Assembly: GCA_965112155.1 (NCBI GenBank)
Contig: OZ218104.1
Direction: 5' to 3' (one strand)
DNA length: 64,000 bases
From: Podarcis liolepis
Lineage: Eukaryota
Shown here: positions 25,196 to 38,466 of the stretch, piece by piece
How positions within the stretch are numbered: the stretch's first letter is position 1
How the letters are laid out: every line of letters starts with the position of its first letter
Notes under the pieces: generated by a model
Told to the model about the DNA's origin: nothing
The model's database searches: none
The model's input: only the letters and a program-made list of their open reading frames with translations
Translations under genes and position numbers: made by a program

Positions 25196-25408
25196 CGGGT
25201 GTTCCTGACATACACTCCTATAGAAGTAAATTCAATCACTTTGGTGTTGGCATCCAGGCTCATCCCACCAGGCCCTCGCAAGTCTTGGTTGCGTCTGTGC
25301 GCAGTGATGTAATTGGAATCTTCCAGCTCAAAATGACAGTAGGGCAGGAGGCTCTTCGCCTTCACAGCCACAACTGGGCCTTCCTCATCAGGCTTCAGGT
25401 TAGAAATA
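25196..25408 (-). CDS. HYDIN: HYDIN exon (approx. 70)
   Basis: Translated by hand; ISNLKPDEEG...LPYCHFELEDS...VRNTR. Confidence 0.92.
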
Positions 25409-26130
25409 CTGAAAGGAAAAAGGCCCAGGTTGACAGGGAATATGAAAATTAATTTCTGGGACTCCCTACCTCACACATGGCATGTGATCCATCTTTTCCC
25501 CACAAGGAAACTCTCTTGCTATTTTTCTGCCTCTTTGGCAGTGATCACCACCCTTTCTGGACTAACAAATCCCCATTTTACTCAGTTTCTCACCAAGCAT
25601 TATACGGTCAATGCACATTTGCATCTGCTGGCGTTCCAAGGCATGAGCAAAAGCTTCACCCGCATTTTGTCCCACTGAGCAGATATATACATACTATTCA
25701 GATAAGTTCAGCATTTGACTGGTGTAGACCTCCACTGCATAAGGCTCAACTACTTGTGGCACTGTTGGGGAGAGTCAAAACTCTGTTGTTGGAGGCCTTT
25801 CCCCCCTATTTATGGGAACACTTGAGCCGCCACCATCCCAAGTCCATCAAAAGGGGGCAATGAAGTAAGAGGAAACCTGTGTTGCTGCCTCTGCACTGCT
25901 CCTCCTCCCCTAGATTCAGAGAGACAGTGTTGATGCCAGAAAGATAGTGACTATAATTTCTGTGCAGTCATACAGAAAGTCACAGACCATGCTGCCTGCC
26001 TCCCACCGAACACCACAGCAGCTGTGTAAGGAAGCACTCAAGGTGAGAGCAAGATGTAACAACATCTGCAGTGTCGGGAAGATTTGCTCTCTCAGGACTT
26101 GTGGATGGCATTTGTGGGAAGTCTCCTTAC

Positions 26131-26356
26131 CTGCAGAGTAGGCGGCCCTCAAACTCTCCCACTTCCTGAGGACAGAATTTCACCTGGAGGGTCTTGGAGC
26201 TCTTAGGAAGGATGGTACCACATTTGGGCTCCATGAAGAAGGGGGCTCCAGTGGCTGCTGGGGACACGTAGGAAGAAAGGCTGTCCACCATACTCTCAAA
26301 ATGACTGAACCGTCGGCTGGACCCGGTCTTGATGGAAGCAACAGATGGAACTTCAG
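26131..26356 (-). CDS. HYDIN: HYDIN exon (approx. 69)
   Basis: Translated by hand; EVPSVASIKT...FEGRLLCS; 5' boundary slightly less certain. Confidence 0.85.
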
Positions 26357-27328
26357 CTGAGTTGAAGGAAGAATTTGCTGAGACAACTGCTTCTCCTCAA
26401 TGCATTACTCAAAGCAGCATTTTGTGACCTTCCATTTATTTTCCACATCTGGACGTTATGGCTTGTTGTGAACTCATCTACCAGGGCAAACATCTCTGGG
26501 ACTTGGTGTGCAAGTTTGCCCTGGCCAGTGTCCTTCATGCTCCAGAGAATGTTATGGGGAAGAGGTGATGGCAACAGCAAGCACTTGAGACATAGAGCAA
26601 AAATGCCACGTTTAGGGTTGGCCTGGAAGCTGTAGCTTGCACAGAAGGCAGTGAAATGGCACTAATGAGTGGAGTGGTCGACTGTGAGCAAGAAGCACCA
26701 CTTTTAAAAGAACTGTGCTGCCTGTGTGTTTGCTTCTGGGCCAAGTCCTTAGCAAGCTTGGCCTAGGTTATGTGGAGGAAAGCCTTCTTTCAGATAGACC
26801 TGTCTCTCTGCTTAGATATTCAAATGAAGTTGCATTGCAGCTGAGATCCATATTGTGATAGCTGGGGAGGGGTGGTGTGCTGCTTTTCTGTTGTGATGCT
26901 GTTGTAAAAATTGTCTTAATCTGGATGCATTTATTGCATTTTAATGTTGTAGTGAAGTTAGGAAAGACTTTACTACAAATGTGCTGGGTTTTTTTTAATA
27001 GAAAATGTATTTATATGCTTGTGAACTGCCAAAGAAATGTTTTAAATAAGCATACAGACAAGCTAAAAGTTCCCCATTAACTCTCTAGAAAGCATCCCCT
27101 GGCAAGTAACTCCCTTCTGGCTGATGCAGCTACTGTTGTACCTGTTGCAACCTGCCTTGAACGTCCCAGGCAAATATATGAACAGTCTTGAAAGATCCAA
27201 AAAGATGAGAGGAAAGGGCCAACAGGCAGGGGTGTGTGATGTTCCACAAGCTAGAAGGGAAGGATCTGAGGATGTTCTCAAGGCACCTGAGAAGCGGTGG
27301 AGAGCCTGAGAAGCCCACTAAGGCTTAC

Positions 27329-27453
27329 CTGTTGCACCTTCTGGGCTGGCTGCCAAAGCCTCAGTAGCAAAGTTGACCGCCCTCCCGGTCTCCTCCATGA
27401 TCACATTCCAGGTGTATTCTAGCTGCACGTTCCCTGTATTAGACAGCTCCACA
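27329..27453 (-). CDS. HYDIN: HYDIN exon (approx. 68)
   Basis: Translated by hand; VELSNTGNVQLEYTW...PEGAT. Confidence 0.9.
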
Positions 27454-27731
27454 CTGGTAGAACAAGAGGGCAGAGAGAAAAGGAGGAAATTGGGAGGTCT
27501 GGCTCAGAACAAAGGAAATAGAGGAGTCACTGTGCTCTGGTCACATATACTAAATCCTCTTCATCACTAAGTTTGGGGAAAACAAGGTGGCCTGAAGCAT
27601 GAATCAGCCATGGGAATGCAGATATATGTGTCCAGCACACTGTAAGGTAGGGGAAGCTGGACTCCACAAAGGGGGGGGGCACAAAAATAGAAGGCAGCCT
27701 CTGAACAAGATTCTGCATATTTGTTACTCAC

Positions 27732-27892
27732 TCGTACACCCTTGTCTGGAACAGCAAAGTGTCCTTGAAGTTCACTGTCTCCACTTCCATTTTGTATTGT
27801 GCATAGTCCACAGTGGCACTCACCCAGAGCTCCAGTTCTCGGCCACTGTCTTCCACAGTCGTGTGAGCAGGTTCCGGATCTGTCTCAATCAC
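27732..27892 (-). CDS. HYDIN: HYDIN exon (approx. 67)
   Basis: Translated by hand; VIETDPEPAH...FKDTLLFQTRVYD. Confidence 0.93.
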
Positions 27893-27962
27893 CTACACCA
27901 ACAGCAGAACAATAGGAAGCAGCCACAATAGGAAGCAACCACAAGGTGGCTCGTTTCCAACC

Positions 27963-28146
27963 TTAAGAACTTAAGAACAGCTCTTCAGGATCAGGTCAGT
28001 TGCACATCTAACCCCGCATCCTGTTCTCACAGTGGTCAATAGGAAGCCTGCAAGCAGGAACCAAGTGCCACAGCACTCTCCCCCTCCTGTGGTTTCCAGT
28101 AACTGGTATTTAGGGGCATTACTACCACCAGCAAGTGGATGGAGGC
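27963..28146 (-). mobile_element. CR1-like LINE 3' UTR fragment
   Basis: TAAGAAC repeats plus GGATCAGG...CATCTA...GCATCCTGTTCTCACAGTGG; reverse-complement similarity to 40880-41068. Confidence 0.6.
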
Positions 28147-28771
28147 ACAAGGAGAGACCACTTTGCCAGTGAGATTCAGCAAAGGAAACACTGTGATGGG
28201 TGTCCCCATTAGAAGCGATGAGCGTGAAAAGGATAAATATGAGTAAAAATTGGGTTACATATGAAAAATTAATACAAAAGGAAGGAAGTAAATAGAAAAT
28301 GAAACCTTATGAAGAAGTTAAAGTAAACAAATTAGGACAACGTCACAGGTCAGGTGATAAGGAAGTAACTCATTCCAAGTAATATGTAAATCCCAAAAGG
28401 ACAGGCTTCATTTTCATCACCCATTAGATCTGGGAAGAAAATAGCATTTGTTTCCTTTGACATCTCCAGATGAGAGTGCAGCTCCTGAACCCAGAGCCCA
28501 ACAAGTGCCAGGTGAGGTTCATATCTGGCAAGGCAGCAAGCAGAAGAATAAAACAGCAGAGAAACCTCCTGAACAGCAAAAGGCTACAACAGGTCATGTG
28601 ACAAATCCTGAGCTGTGCAACCTGTGCAACATACAGCAACCCCCCTGTTTCAATTTGTCTTGGACCTAGAATCCTCATTCCCTTGATGCAGAATTCAGCC
28701 TTGTTCCATTCAGCTCCATCAGTGCCTGCATGAGACCTCTCTGAGCACCTCTTCACTCCCTTGTTTCTTAC

Positions 28772-28990
28772 CTTCTTCTTAGTTGGGCGTGTTGTCGTGA
28801 TACTTTTTGAGATGTCCACCCATTTGACAGTGTGGAGGCGATCGTCCCAATCAGGCACTTGGTCAGCTGGCAACTGAAAGGCAATCTTGGTCACCTTGCA
28901 CTTGATGGCCTGTTCTTTCAGTGTGACGGGGAGGCTAGATTTCAAGGTTACTGTGATGTTTTTGGTGCACCCGCTGTGGAGGTGGCCAAC
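28772..28990 (-). CDS. HYDIN: HYDIN exon (approx. 66)
   Basis: GT-AG; VGHLHSGCTK...DWDDRLHTVKW...PTKKK. Confidence 0.93.
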
Positions 28991-29397
28991 CTAGGGGAGG
29001 GGTGTGGAGAACCAGAGTGTCAGATGTTGGCAAGATAACCAAGGAGAAATAGCAGGATCATAAAAGACCTGCATTGATCACTGGACAGCCCTGAAAGTAA
29101 ACTGAGTGCATGCTGATGGTGACCTGCACTTTTCTCCTTAGGGATTAATTCAGCACTGGTGAAAAGCACAATGGCAACTTCAGGCTGCAGCCTCCCCTGT
29201 ATGATCTTCAACATACTGAAACATATTTTCATTCCAGTTGGGACTACATGTGGCAATTCCACACTAAACAATTGTGGAAGCCTGCCCCCACCTTTGGTAA
29301 CAATGGAGCCTGCAAGAGATAAGTGGGGTGCAAAGCCTTGGGCCTTTGGGAGCTTTGGCAGCAAAGGAGAATTGAGGACAGGGGTGCCTCCACCTAC

Positions 29398-29540
29398 CTG
29401 TGGGGAGAAGTGAAGTGGACCTGAAGTCGGCCATTCAAATCTCATCACATCTGACTTGCTGTGGTTGGTTATGGTACATGATGCCTGATAGGACCTGCCA
29501 ATGTGACAGTCCCCAAACTGGACGCAATCTATTCGGGGAG
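29398..29540 (-). CDS. HYDIN: HYDIN exon (approx. 65)
   Basis: GT-AG; PRIDCVQFGDC...HFSPQ. Confidence 0.92.
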
Positions 29541-29929
29541 CTGTGGGGAAAGAGGCCAGGTGTTCTGAACAAGGGCAGCTTTTGTTGCCTCCCAGTGATA
29601 AAGACATTGTCACAAGGCGTAGCTTCTTACTTCCCACTTGCCTTCTTGATCCTTGAAGCCCCTTTGCCCATTAGCTCAATTCAAATGCCACACTCAACCA
29701 TGGTATGCACTGAACGTTAAGAACCCACATCATGGTTTGAATGTCCATATGCATAGCTGCCAAACTACAGTTTGGAGCTGCTTGCCTGCTTTTGTTTTCC
29801 ATCTGCTTAGAACTCAGGTTTCTAAGTTCACAAGTTTGCTTCCATCTCCTCAGTGCATCACCAACCTTTCAAAGTGATCTGCTGGGGGAGAAGGGGCTCA
29901 GGATCTGGCCCACCATGGGATACTACTAA

Positions 29930-30890
29930 AAAAAAGCTGCCTATGTTTTGTTTTTTAACAATGTAGTAATACGTATGAAGTATTGCTGCAAATAGATATA
30001 AATCTACTTTCTTTATCTTAGGAAATATAGAAATCAACTTCTGTAGCAAAGGTGTCGATGAATTTAAAATTGTGTCTTATACTACAAAATATAATATTTA
30101 GAATTTATTGGACTCTAATGTTTGTATAGAAAGGGACTATCTATGACAACCTGTTGTAGATGTAATAATGCTTCTTTGAAAAGTATGTTTATGCAATGTC
30201 CAATGCTTATGAATTTTGGAAGAAAGTGCTAGAGTGTATAAATATTACTTTGGGGGGAAAGCTAGTATTGTCAGAGGACGGTATTATTTTAATATCTACC
30301 TACTATATTTGACAACTGGTTAGCATAAATGGATTATTTTCACCTTCACTATGGCTAAAAGACTGATATTGATCCACTGGAACCCAGTGGCGGAGCTTCA
30401 TGCTCCGGCACCGGGGGGCAGACAGCAGGCAGGGGCATGGTATGCCGCCTGTGGGGACGTGGCGCCCAGCATGGGCAGCGGGGGGGGGGGGGAGCTGCGA
30501 TGGCACCCCACCGGGATCACGCTGCTGGGGGTGGTGTGCTTACCCCGCACTCCTCTTCCTCCGCCACTGCTGGAACCATAAATCTATGCCCCCCTTTAAT
30601 CAATGGATAGAATATATGACAACTCTTGCAACACAGAAACAAATAGCTTATAGACATAGACTGTTTATGGATCACTATTATGACATTTGGAAGCCATTTA
30701 TAAAAATATAGTAGATTATACATAATCGTGTATGTATTAGAATATTAATTTCATTTATATGCCTTTGTATTAGATAAGTATGTATGTCATTATAGTGAGT
30801 TTCCCCCTTTTTATGCACCATTTGTTTCATTTTTCTTGTTTTCCACTTTATTTTGTTTAATTGAAATATTTTCAATAAAAATGAATAATA
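29930..30890 (+). mobile_element. L1/Tx1-clade LINE 3' end (ORF2 C-terminus and 3' UTR), interrupted by a MITE
   Basis: Degenerate Cys motif CCRCNNASLKSMFMQCP...FWKKV; AKRLILIHWN/HKSMPPFNQW...YYDIWKPFIKI*; AT-rich UTR with AATAAA near 30874. Confidence 0.7.
30385..30569. mobile_element. hAT MITE with perfect 8-bp TSD
   Basis: TIRs CAGTGGCGGAG / CTCCGCCACTG; TSD CTGGAACC at 30377-30384 and 30570-30577. Confidence 0.92.
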
Positions 30891-31260
30891 TTATAGCCTT
30901 CATATCACGAATGTTTACCACATTTGTTGGGTCTACTTATGCATAAGATGTGAATACAGTTACTAGTTTTTATTCTGTAATAGAATTATATTCTTGAGAC
31001 ATAAAAAAAATAAAATTGGCCTCGAGAGCTGTCCATGCAAGAAGAATTATTGTTTGTCTTATTATCCCAGCATAGAATCTTCAAGTTCTGGGTAAGATTT
31101 TGCTCTGAGGAAATCCATTGCCTCAATTAACTGTTAATCTGTGATCAGCTAGGTATGGCCAGCACATTTTGGGAGGATCTCTAAACAAGGCAACATTTGT
31201 CACCCATTGCTAGCGGCCCCACCCCTAGTTCACTGAAGCATCTTTCACCCTTTCTCTCAC

Positions 31261-31512
31261 CCTCAGCCGTGTTCTCTTCCAGATGTCTTTCAGAATCAGT
31301 CTCCGTAATGAAGCTGTGGATGTTGTCCAGCACGACATCATCCTGGTAGCCCTCGCCCACCATTTGGATGGTGGTCTCCTCGTACTGATTGTCCACAATA
31401 GAGAGGTGGATCAGTCCTTCAATGCGCTGGGCCAAGGTGGGTTGGAAAACCACATCAAACTCAGCAGATTCCCCATTGTGCAGGACAAGAGTGGCCGTGT
31501 GAGGTTTCCTGA
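31261..31512 (-). CDS. HYDIN: HYDIN exon (approx. 64)
   Basis: GT-AG; RKPHTATLVL...ENTAE. Confidence 0.92.
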
Positions 31513-31774
31513 CTATGAAAGGATAAAGGAAATAGGAGACCAAAATATCAGAATCCCTACGCCACAACGCCCAGAGATCTCAGGGAGAAAGAAAAGGCCC
31601 TTCCTTTGCTTTTTCTTTACAAGACCTTCAGCTGCACTCTGCAGACGTTTTGTTCAGGCAGCCATCTCAGTGCTCTGGACAAGGGGCTAAAAGGAAGAAA
31701 GTGCCACAGGGAGCCCCACCCACCTTTCCACAGCTACTGTGCCCTTGCCATGGTAGCACGTATGTGTCATTTAC

Positions 31775-31886
31775 CTCCCTCGCTGGGTTCATTCTCCTCA
31801 TTCTGAGAAGTCATATAAATGCACTTGGTAGTGGGTCTGTGTTTCAAAGTGAAAGCACAATTTTCATCTGAGATGTTGAGAAACAG
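31775..31886 (-). CDS. HYDIN: HYDIN exon (approx. 63)
   Basis: GT-AG; LFLNISDENC...EPSEG. Confidence 0.88.
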
Positions 31887-32932
31887 CTGGGGAAAGGGAC
31901 AAAACAAGAAAAGCAACACAGCCATGAGTCCTGGGAGACCATTTAGATCCAGACAGCACCTTGGAATACTATCAAATAGGCAGAACTTTGCCTGACAGCT
32001 TTTTCTGTAAATTCTTAACATCCAGATGTTTAAGGTAACCAATTCAGCCTATGCTGCTATGAAACCCTTTAATACATTAAACTAGGGATAGGAAACTGCT
32101 GACCTCCAGGCCAGATCTTGTTCCCAGGATATTTAAGTCAATCCTGCACCGCCCTCTCCCCCTTGGCTCTGGCATGGTAGCTTTAGTGTCCTGGCAGACA
32201 CTCATGAAAGCCTCCTGGAGGCAACTTTTGAGCCCTTTGAAGAAGGAACCCTGGGTAGCTTGAAAAACACATGGAAGAAGAATGCAGCTGGGGAAAAGTG
32301 GAGAGCTACTTGGACAACAGTGGAGGGGAGGCAGCCTGGGGAGGGACACCATCCACCATCCACCCATTCTCCTGGGCAGCCTCACTCAGCGGCACACCCC
32401 AGTGGCAGCAATGGTGGCCAAGAGTTGCTTCCTCAAGGGCTAGCCCTCAGATGGGATGTGTGGCAGAGTGGAAAAAAGAACAAGAAATAAGAACAGGAGG
32501 GTCGGGTGATGGCAGCGGAACCACTCCCCCCCCCCTCATATATGGTCCCAAAGATCTAAGAAGCACCAAATCAAAGCAGGGCATTTGGAGTGGCTGTCCC
32601 TGTGATTGGGGTGGTGGGAAGAAAGTGAAAAGCTCTCCCTGCATGTATATAAAAAAGCCCATGGGTTCCCCTTCCACGCTGACTTTTAAATGCCTGCCGA
32701 AAACCTTCCTATTTCCCCAGGTGTATGCAGGCAATACATTCTTCCACAATGGTTAACTGATGCCTCTTTTTCACTTTTCATATGGTTTTTCATTTTTTGT
32801 TTTGTTTTATTGCTGTAAACCGCTTTAATATATTTTAACAACATATGTATTACTTATTTATTTAGAAAAATATTTATAAGTGCACCTTATGGACCACATA
32901 AGAGCAACATTGCCATGCCCAAACCTGCCTAC

Positions 32933-33122
32933 CTGGACTAGGATGCTGCCACAGTTCTTAAAGACCAGAGGAAGGATCTCTGTATGGCCCAACAGGAGCC
33001 TCCTGAAGAGTAGGAGTGGGTTCCCTTTCTTATTGCGGAGCACAGGGCGCATGATGGTGACCTGAGGGAGGTTGCCATCCCCAGTGACCTCAAAGGATAA
33101 ATTCCTTGACTTTGCAACCACA
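32933..33122 (-). CDS. HYDIN: HYDIN exon (approx. 62)
   Basis: GT-AG; VVAKSRNLSF...SILVQ. Confidence 0.92.
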
Positions 33123-33220
33123 CTGAAAGTAAGAGACAAGGGAACACATTGCCCTTGGGTGCATGTCTAGAAGATGGCCCAAAGGAGCCACCACCTTTCC
33201 ATCAGCCATGACTGGGATAC

Positions 33221-33372
33221 CTGGGCGGTGCATCAACAGCAGCCTCAAAAATGCACTGGTAGTTTTGCATGCTCTGCGGTGAGAAGGTCAGGCTTGTGAA
33301 GGCATGTGAACGGCTGGCAATGCACATCCGCACTGGTTGGAGCTCAAAGATGTCACTGATCCGGAAACTGGA
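33221..33372 (-). CDS. HYDIN: HYDIN exon (approx. 61)
   Basis: GT-AG; SSFRISDIFE...DAPPS; followed by a 98-nt intron. Confidence 0.9.
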
Positions 33373-33473
33373 CTGTGGAAACATCATACAGCTGGTGAAG
33401 CTTCAAAAACCACTTACAGAAAGCCCCCTCCCTGAATAAGAGGATGTGGAGAATGGTAGGACACTTCCTGGAC

Positions 33474-33528
<55 letters not shown>
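33474..33528. repeat. (TAA)n microsatellite, about 18 units, at the tail of an L2 fragment
   Basis: Read directly; produces the spurious poly-Ile ORFs. Confidence 0.95.
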
Positions 33529-33965
33529 TTTATTATTTATACCCCTTCCATCTGGCTGGGTTTTCCCAGCCACTCTGAGCGGCTTACAACACATACAAAA
33601 TTGTAAAACATTAGACATTAAAAATTTCCCGAATGTCTTCTAAGAGTCAGATAGTTGTTTATTTCCTTGATATCTGATGGGAGGGCATTCTACAGGGCAG
33701 GCACCACTACCAAGAAAGCCCTCTGCCTGGTTCCTTGTAACCTCACTGCCAGATGTCCCTCGGAGCTGGAGCTCAGTGTCTGGGATGAATGATGGAGGTG
33801 AAGACACTCTTTCAGGTACACTGGGCTAAGACCATTTACGGCTTTAAAGGTCAGCACAAACACTTTGAATTGTGCTCAGAAACATACCAGGAGCCAATGT
33901 AGGTCTTTCAGGACCAGTGTTATATGGTCCTGGCGGCCACTACCAGTCTAGCTGTGGCATTTTGG
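33529..33965 (-). mobile_element. L2-like LINE 3' end
   Basis: Minus-strand terminus GTAAGCCGCTCAGAGTGGCTGGGAAAACCCAGCCAGATGG...GTATAAAT plus simple-repeat tail, typical of squamate L2. Confidence 0.7.
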
Positions 33966-34620
33966 TCTGGCAGTTAGCCTGCTTCCTTCCAAGCTGCCGC
34001 CAGCTCTGCCAATGCAGCAAATGCTGCCACGACTGATTTATCAATGGACCCAGTTTGCTATGATAGGGGCAAACATCCCTGTATTTCTTCCCTGTATTTA
34101 TATAACAAGCTTCCACATGAAATTCCTAGACCATTAATTTTATTCTGTTTCAGCTATGTACATGGTGATTTCTTGGGTTTAAATAGAGATGGGCAAACTT
34201 TTTGCTTACCCCTGAGGGCCATATGCAACCACAAGAGCGCATGATGGTGGGCATGGCCATTCATTCCTATGTACACTCTTGCAGGGAGAATATAGATGGG
34301 GAAAGCGAATCCTCCCCATGCTCCAGTCTTCCCATTGCAGTCATGTAACTTACATGCCCTAGCCAACCCTTGCAGGGAACTGGCTACAGGAAGCACAAGG
34401 AAAGGAATCTGTTTTGTGGTAGGCAGTCAGGCAGGGGGAAATAAAAGCATGGTATCAAAGCTAGCAGTGGAGGAACATTAGGAAGATTGCAAGAGAGACC
34501 CATGATGGCCACCTGGAGCCGTGTTAAATAAATACAATCTTAACTCCCAATCTAAGGGGTGGTGGCAGCAGCAGCAGCAGCTACCACACAAAACCACCAC
34601 AGCACAGCAGATGCTCTCAC

Positions 34621-34856
34621 CTTGGAAGAGATGGACTTTACGCTAAAAACCACATCACAGGGGATTCGGCCAGTGTTGCAGATCTTGAACCGGGCAACTG
34701 CCTGGTGCCCAACCAAAACGTTATTGAAGATGAACTTGTTTTCATCAGTCACAAACACACACTCGCATCCTATGGTCTTCAGAACCTGGCTGAGGTTGCT
34801 GCTGTTGCAGATTCGATGCTCCTCAAAAATGCTCCCCATGTCATCCATCACAAAAC
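34621..34856 (-). CDS. HYDIN: HYDIN exon (approx. 60)
   Basis: GT-AG; FVMDDMGSIFEEH...SISSK. Confidence 0.92.
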
Positions 34857-35106
34857 CTTGGGGAAATACAGTGAGGACAACTTAATTACATATTGAAGTT
34901 GAGATAGGACAGAGCAACTCTTCCAAAAGTAATTATTTATCATTCCTTTCACAGGGCTTCAGGGTAAGGAGGGCTACTCCCTGGAATAATATCACAGGAC
35001 AAAATAAATCCCTCCCTCCCTGCAGATGGCAGGCAAAATGAAAGAGACTCAAGAGATTAGTTCTCCTTCCAGTTGTGATGGTTCCAGAGCTGCTACTATC
35101 ACCTAC

Positions 35107-35311
35107 CTGGGACACACGATTCTGCAAGCAGACTGTACTGAATGCCACCAGGGTTGTCGTCGGGGTCTCGGTCAGTGATCTCTATGGCCATGTACTCCTC
35201 AAATTTCCCTACTGCATCTGCAATGCAGTCCACAGTGATGGTCTGATGGCCTCCCGGAGGAATGGTTCCAAATCCAGGGGAGACGGTGAATATGCCAAGG
35301 GAGAAGCGAGC
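35107..35311 (-). CDS. HYDIN: HYDIN exon (approx. 59)
   Basis: Translated by hand; ARFSLGIFTVSPGFG...ESCVP. Confidence 0.92.
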
Positions 35312-36315
35312 CTATGGAGAGAGCCCAAGCAGGAGGCAGCCTTCACTACAGCTGCCACTGAACCAATGCAGGTAGTGCTGCACCAGCTATTTTGGGTCTG
35401 TTTACTATAGAAGCAGGTGAAAGAGACAGTTGGCAACGTAAGGAAGCTGCACTTGGCAAACCTTACACAGGTGCAGCAGTGTGCCCAATGCTGAGGATGC
35501 TGAAAGCTGAGGACCAAATCAGAGCATCCAACCCTACTTGCTCTTCCTTCCTGGAGTCCATTAATGTGGAACACCTGGGGAGGGAGAGGTTGTTCCCAAG
35601 GAATGCTGCTCTCTGCCTCCTCTCCCTGGTTTCCTTCCCTGAGCACAGCACCTGCCAAGATGGCGCACATGTGCTTGTTTAGATACTTCATTTAATTCAT
35701 TCATTGGTCTCTAACAAAGCATCTCAAAGCAACTAACAACAGTAATGTCTATACAGATGCAATTCACAAAGTTACAACATTGAAAACCAGCAAGGTTTTG
35801 GAAGACTCTATATGAATCTGGGACTTAATGAACAAATGGGCAACCCACATCCAAGAGAGTCGAACAGACAAAAAAAAACCCCTTTCAATCAACCCGGCAT
35901 AGTTTTATTACACGGGCAACATCAACAGAACATGGATATAGGCCTCCAAAAACACACAGAGACTTGTGGAATGATACCTTTTCTTAAAAACTGAAGTGAC
36001 TTAAACATTAAATGTAACTAAATAGACATTTGGTGCTTGGGGGGGACAGGCAATTGCTGAATATTGATTGTTGCTGCTTGTATAAATAAGCGAAAACAAT
36101 AACATATTTGGCAATACCATTCCCACCCAACCTCCCCAAAACAGTAAGATGTCTCACATTTGCCCAATAGGAAACACTATCCCTGCATGGCCAGAAGGTC
36201 TGAAGGAGAAAGAATGAGGAAAGAATAGCTCCCAAGGAGCCTAGAAAGAGCACCAGCGACCCAGACGCCAGACCCAGAGCTCATGGGGATGAAGGGGAAG
36301 CAGGCCCCTGCCTAC

Positions 36316-36436
36316 CTGCACCACTGTGGTCACATCCTTTTGCATGGATTCTGTGCGCTTGCTTTGCCTTCCCAGCTGAGCAGTCTGCCGGCCAAGGTAG
36401 ACATCACTAGTGCGGGAGGTCTTCTCATGAGAGGGT
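36316..36436 (-). CDS. HYDIN: HYDIN exon (approx. 58)
   Basis: GT-AG; PSHEKTSRTS...TTVVQ; phase links both neighbours. Confidence 0.85.
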
Positions 36437-37033
36437 CTGCAAGAGAAAGTGGAAACAAAATACTTCTGGATGGGGATGTAGACTCCAGCCACCACTCCAG
36501 AGCCTGACTTTGCTACAGTTGGGATGAACTGAAATATGCATCTTATTGGGGATAAACTCATGAACAAACACATGTCAGAGGCTCCCAAAGTCTGAGTCAC
36601 CAGCAGACAGGCACCTCCAAAAGGGCCACAAGTCCGTGGCTGGCTGGCATGGGGCCAGTGATCTCAGGCTGATGAGGAAGTGGTGAAACCAGAGGGGCAA
36701 ATGACTTCATGTCGCAGCTAGACGGTGTGTGTCAGGTGATGAATGGAGGGTGAAAAGGAGAGCATGGAGTCTTCTAGGCTGGGAGGCGGGGGAACTGCAG
36801 CAAACCTTCAGGGTAGTTTCATTACACTGGAAACATGCTGCCTTATTGCAGTGGCTGGATTTTATGACACTTCTTTGGAACCTAATGAGGTTTTGAAAGG
36901 AAAAGGAAGGTTGAACATGTGGATTCTGCATGGCCACACTGGCCTTGCCTGAGAACACACTCCAAATTGCAATCAAGTTCAGAGCCCAAATCCATCCTCT
37001 CTCTCAAGAAAACACCCCCCGTTGCCTGCTCAC

Positions 37034-37272
37034 CCTTTCCTCAGTGGGATCACCACATCTCGGATTTGCCTGCAGATGCCATACTTGAAGTCGAGGATCC
37101 CTTTGTTCTCAATGGTGAAGCTGTTGGTCTTCCGGGAATTGAGTACCACAGGCCCAAAGTTTATGAGTGATGGGGGGGTGATGCTGTATTTGGTAAACAT
37201 GCAATGCACTGACACCTTGATGGGAATGGTGGCAATGATCTCTCCTCCTTCGCAGAGGTTGGGCTCAACAAC
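37034..37272 (-). CDS. HYDIN: HYDIN exon (approx. 57)
   Basis: GT-AG; VVEPNLCEGGEIIA...PLRKG. Confidence 0.92.
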
Positions 37273-38297
37273 CTAGACAGAGGACAAGAGATTAGGCTGG
37301 CAGAAGGATGAGCTCTAGCTTGTGGCGATAAAGCACCACAATCCAAATCCTTGCCCTGGTGATCCTCTTGTTCTTCTCTTCCCACCTGGAAGCTGCAGAG
37401 GGAGAGGTGGGAAACACGCCCCCTGCCCAGCACAGACTCTGCTGAGAGATTGGTTTTCTTTGGCTCCTCCTATCACAGAACTGTTCCAATGCATGTAGGT
37501 CATCATAAGGAATGGCAGTCAGAGACCAGCGCTCCAAGAATATGCCACCTGGGCACAAGAGCAGACTCCCTGCTAGGAGGCACTCTTTACTCAAAGAAAC
37601 TAAAACAGTGCTGGCCTAGTGATCACAGCAGTAGATCTTGCCCCAATGAGGCAATTGCAAGGACCAAAGGTCCCCACCTTCCCACCTCTCTCTCTTGCTC
37701 CTCCCCCAGTTCCTTCCCCAGCAGTCTACGCCTCCTCCATCTTGTCTCTCTTTGCTCTGCTCTGCTCTCTTCATTTATCTACATGTTCTGGGAGACAAGT
37801 GGCAGGGAAGCTGGTCACAGCAGGAAGGGGAGATTCCCTAGTTTCTTCAGCAGCCTGCCTTCACTCTGCCTTTTGACACCCCCCCCCCCCCCGCTTCTTC
37901 CTCTGAATCTGGATTGCTCTCTGCCATAGCCTCTCTCTGCTCATTAAACCCTGTCACCTTTTCAGCTTCTAACACCTCCTCCTCCCAGTCTGCTCCCTCT
38001 TCTCCCTTTGACCATTCATCATCCTACCACCACCAGTCCCCTGGCTCTGAGCCTTCTTTCCCTGTTTTGTCTCTTTGGTAGGTAGAAAGGCTGACTGCTA
38101 AGGCTTCTCCGCTTATATGGTGATTTCTGGAGAGACCACCTAAGCAAAGAAGGATCCTGTAACAGCAGCAGCTATGCATTGAAGGCACTGCTTAGCCACC
38201 AAGTCCATGTGCCATGTACAAACACACACATACTCAAGTATACACAGTGAAGGCATTTCAAGGCCTCTTTACTGCTAGCTCTTGCCAGCTCTCTTAC

Positions 38298-38466
38298 GTG
38301 GCACTGCAGAATAGGCTTCTCCTCAATTTTCACTTCCCTCCCAGAGCGAAAAAGTATCAGGACTGAAGTGGGACGGTCATTGGGACCCAAATTCCCTTTC
38401 TGGGGTGTGATGGTGAAGAGTGGAGTCACATTGGGCATCCCATGATCTGTGGATTCCACAACAAAG
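38298..38466 (-). CDS. HYDIN: HYDIN exon (approx. 56)
   Basis: GT-AG; FVVESTDHGM...ILQCH. Confidence 0.92.

Noticed and set aside
33123-33220. Possible U12-type intron (donor GTATCC)
   Set aside because: Donor reads GTATCCCAG rather than GTATCCTT, there is no TCCTTAAC branch site, and a normal polypyrimidine tract is present; most likely U2-type
33403-33643. Poly-Ile ORFs on both strands
   Set aside because: Translation of the (TAA)n microsatellite
36669-36700. CTGATGA...GAAA hammerhead-like core
   Set aside because: The intervening GGAAGTGGT cannot form stem II and I saw no convincing stems I or III
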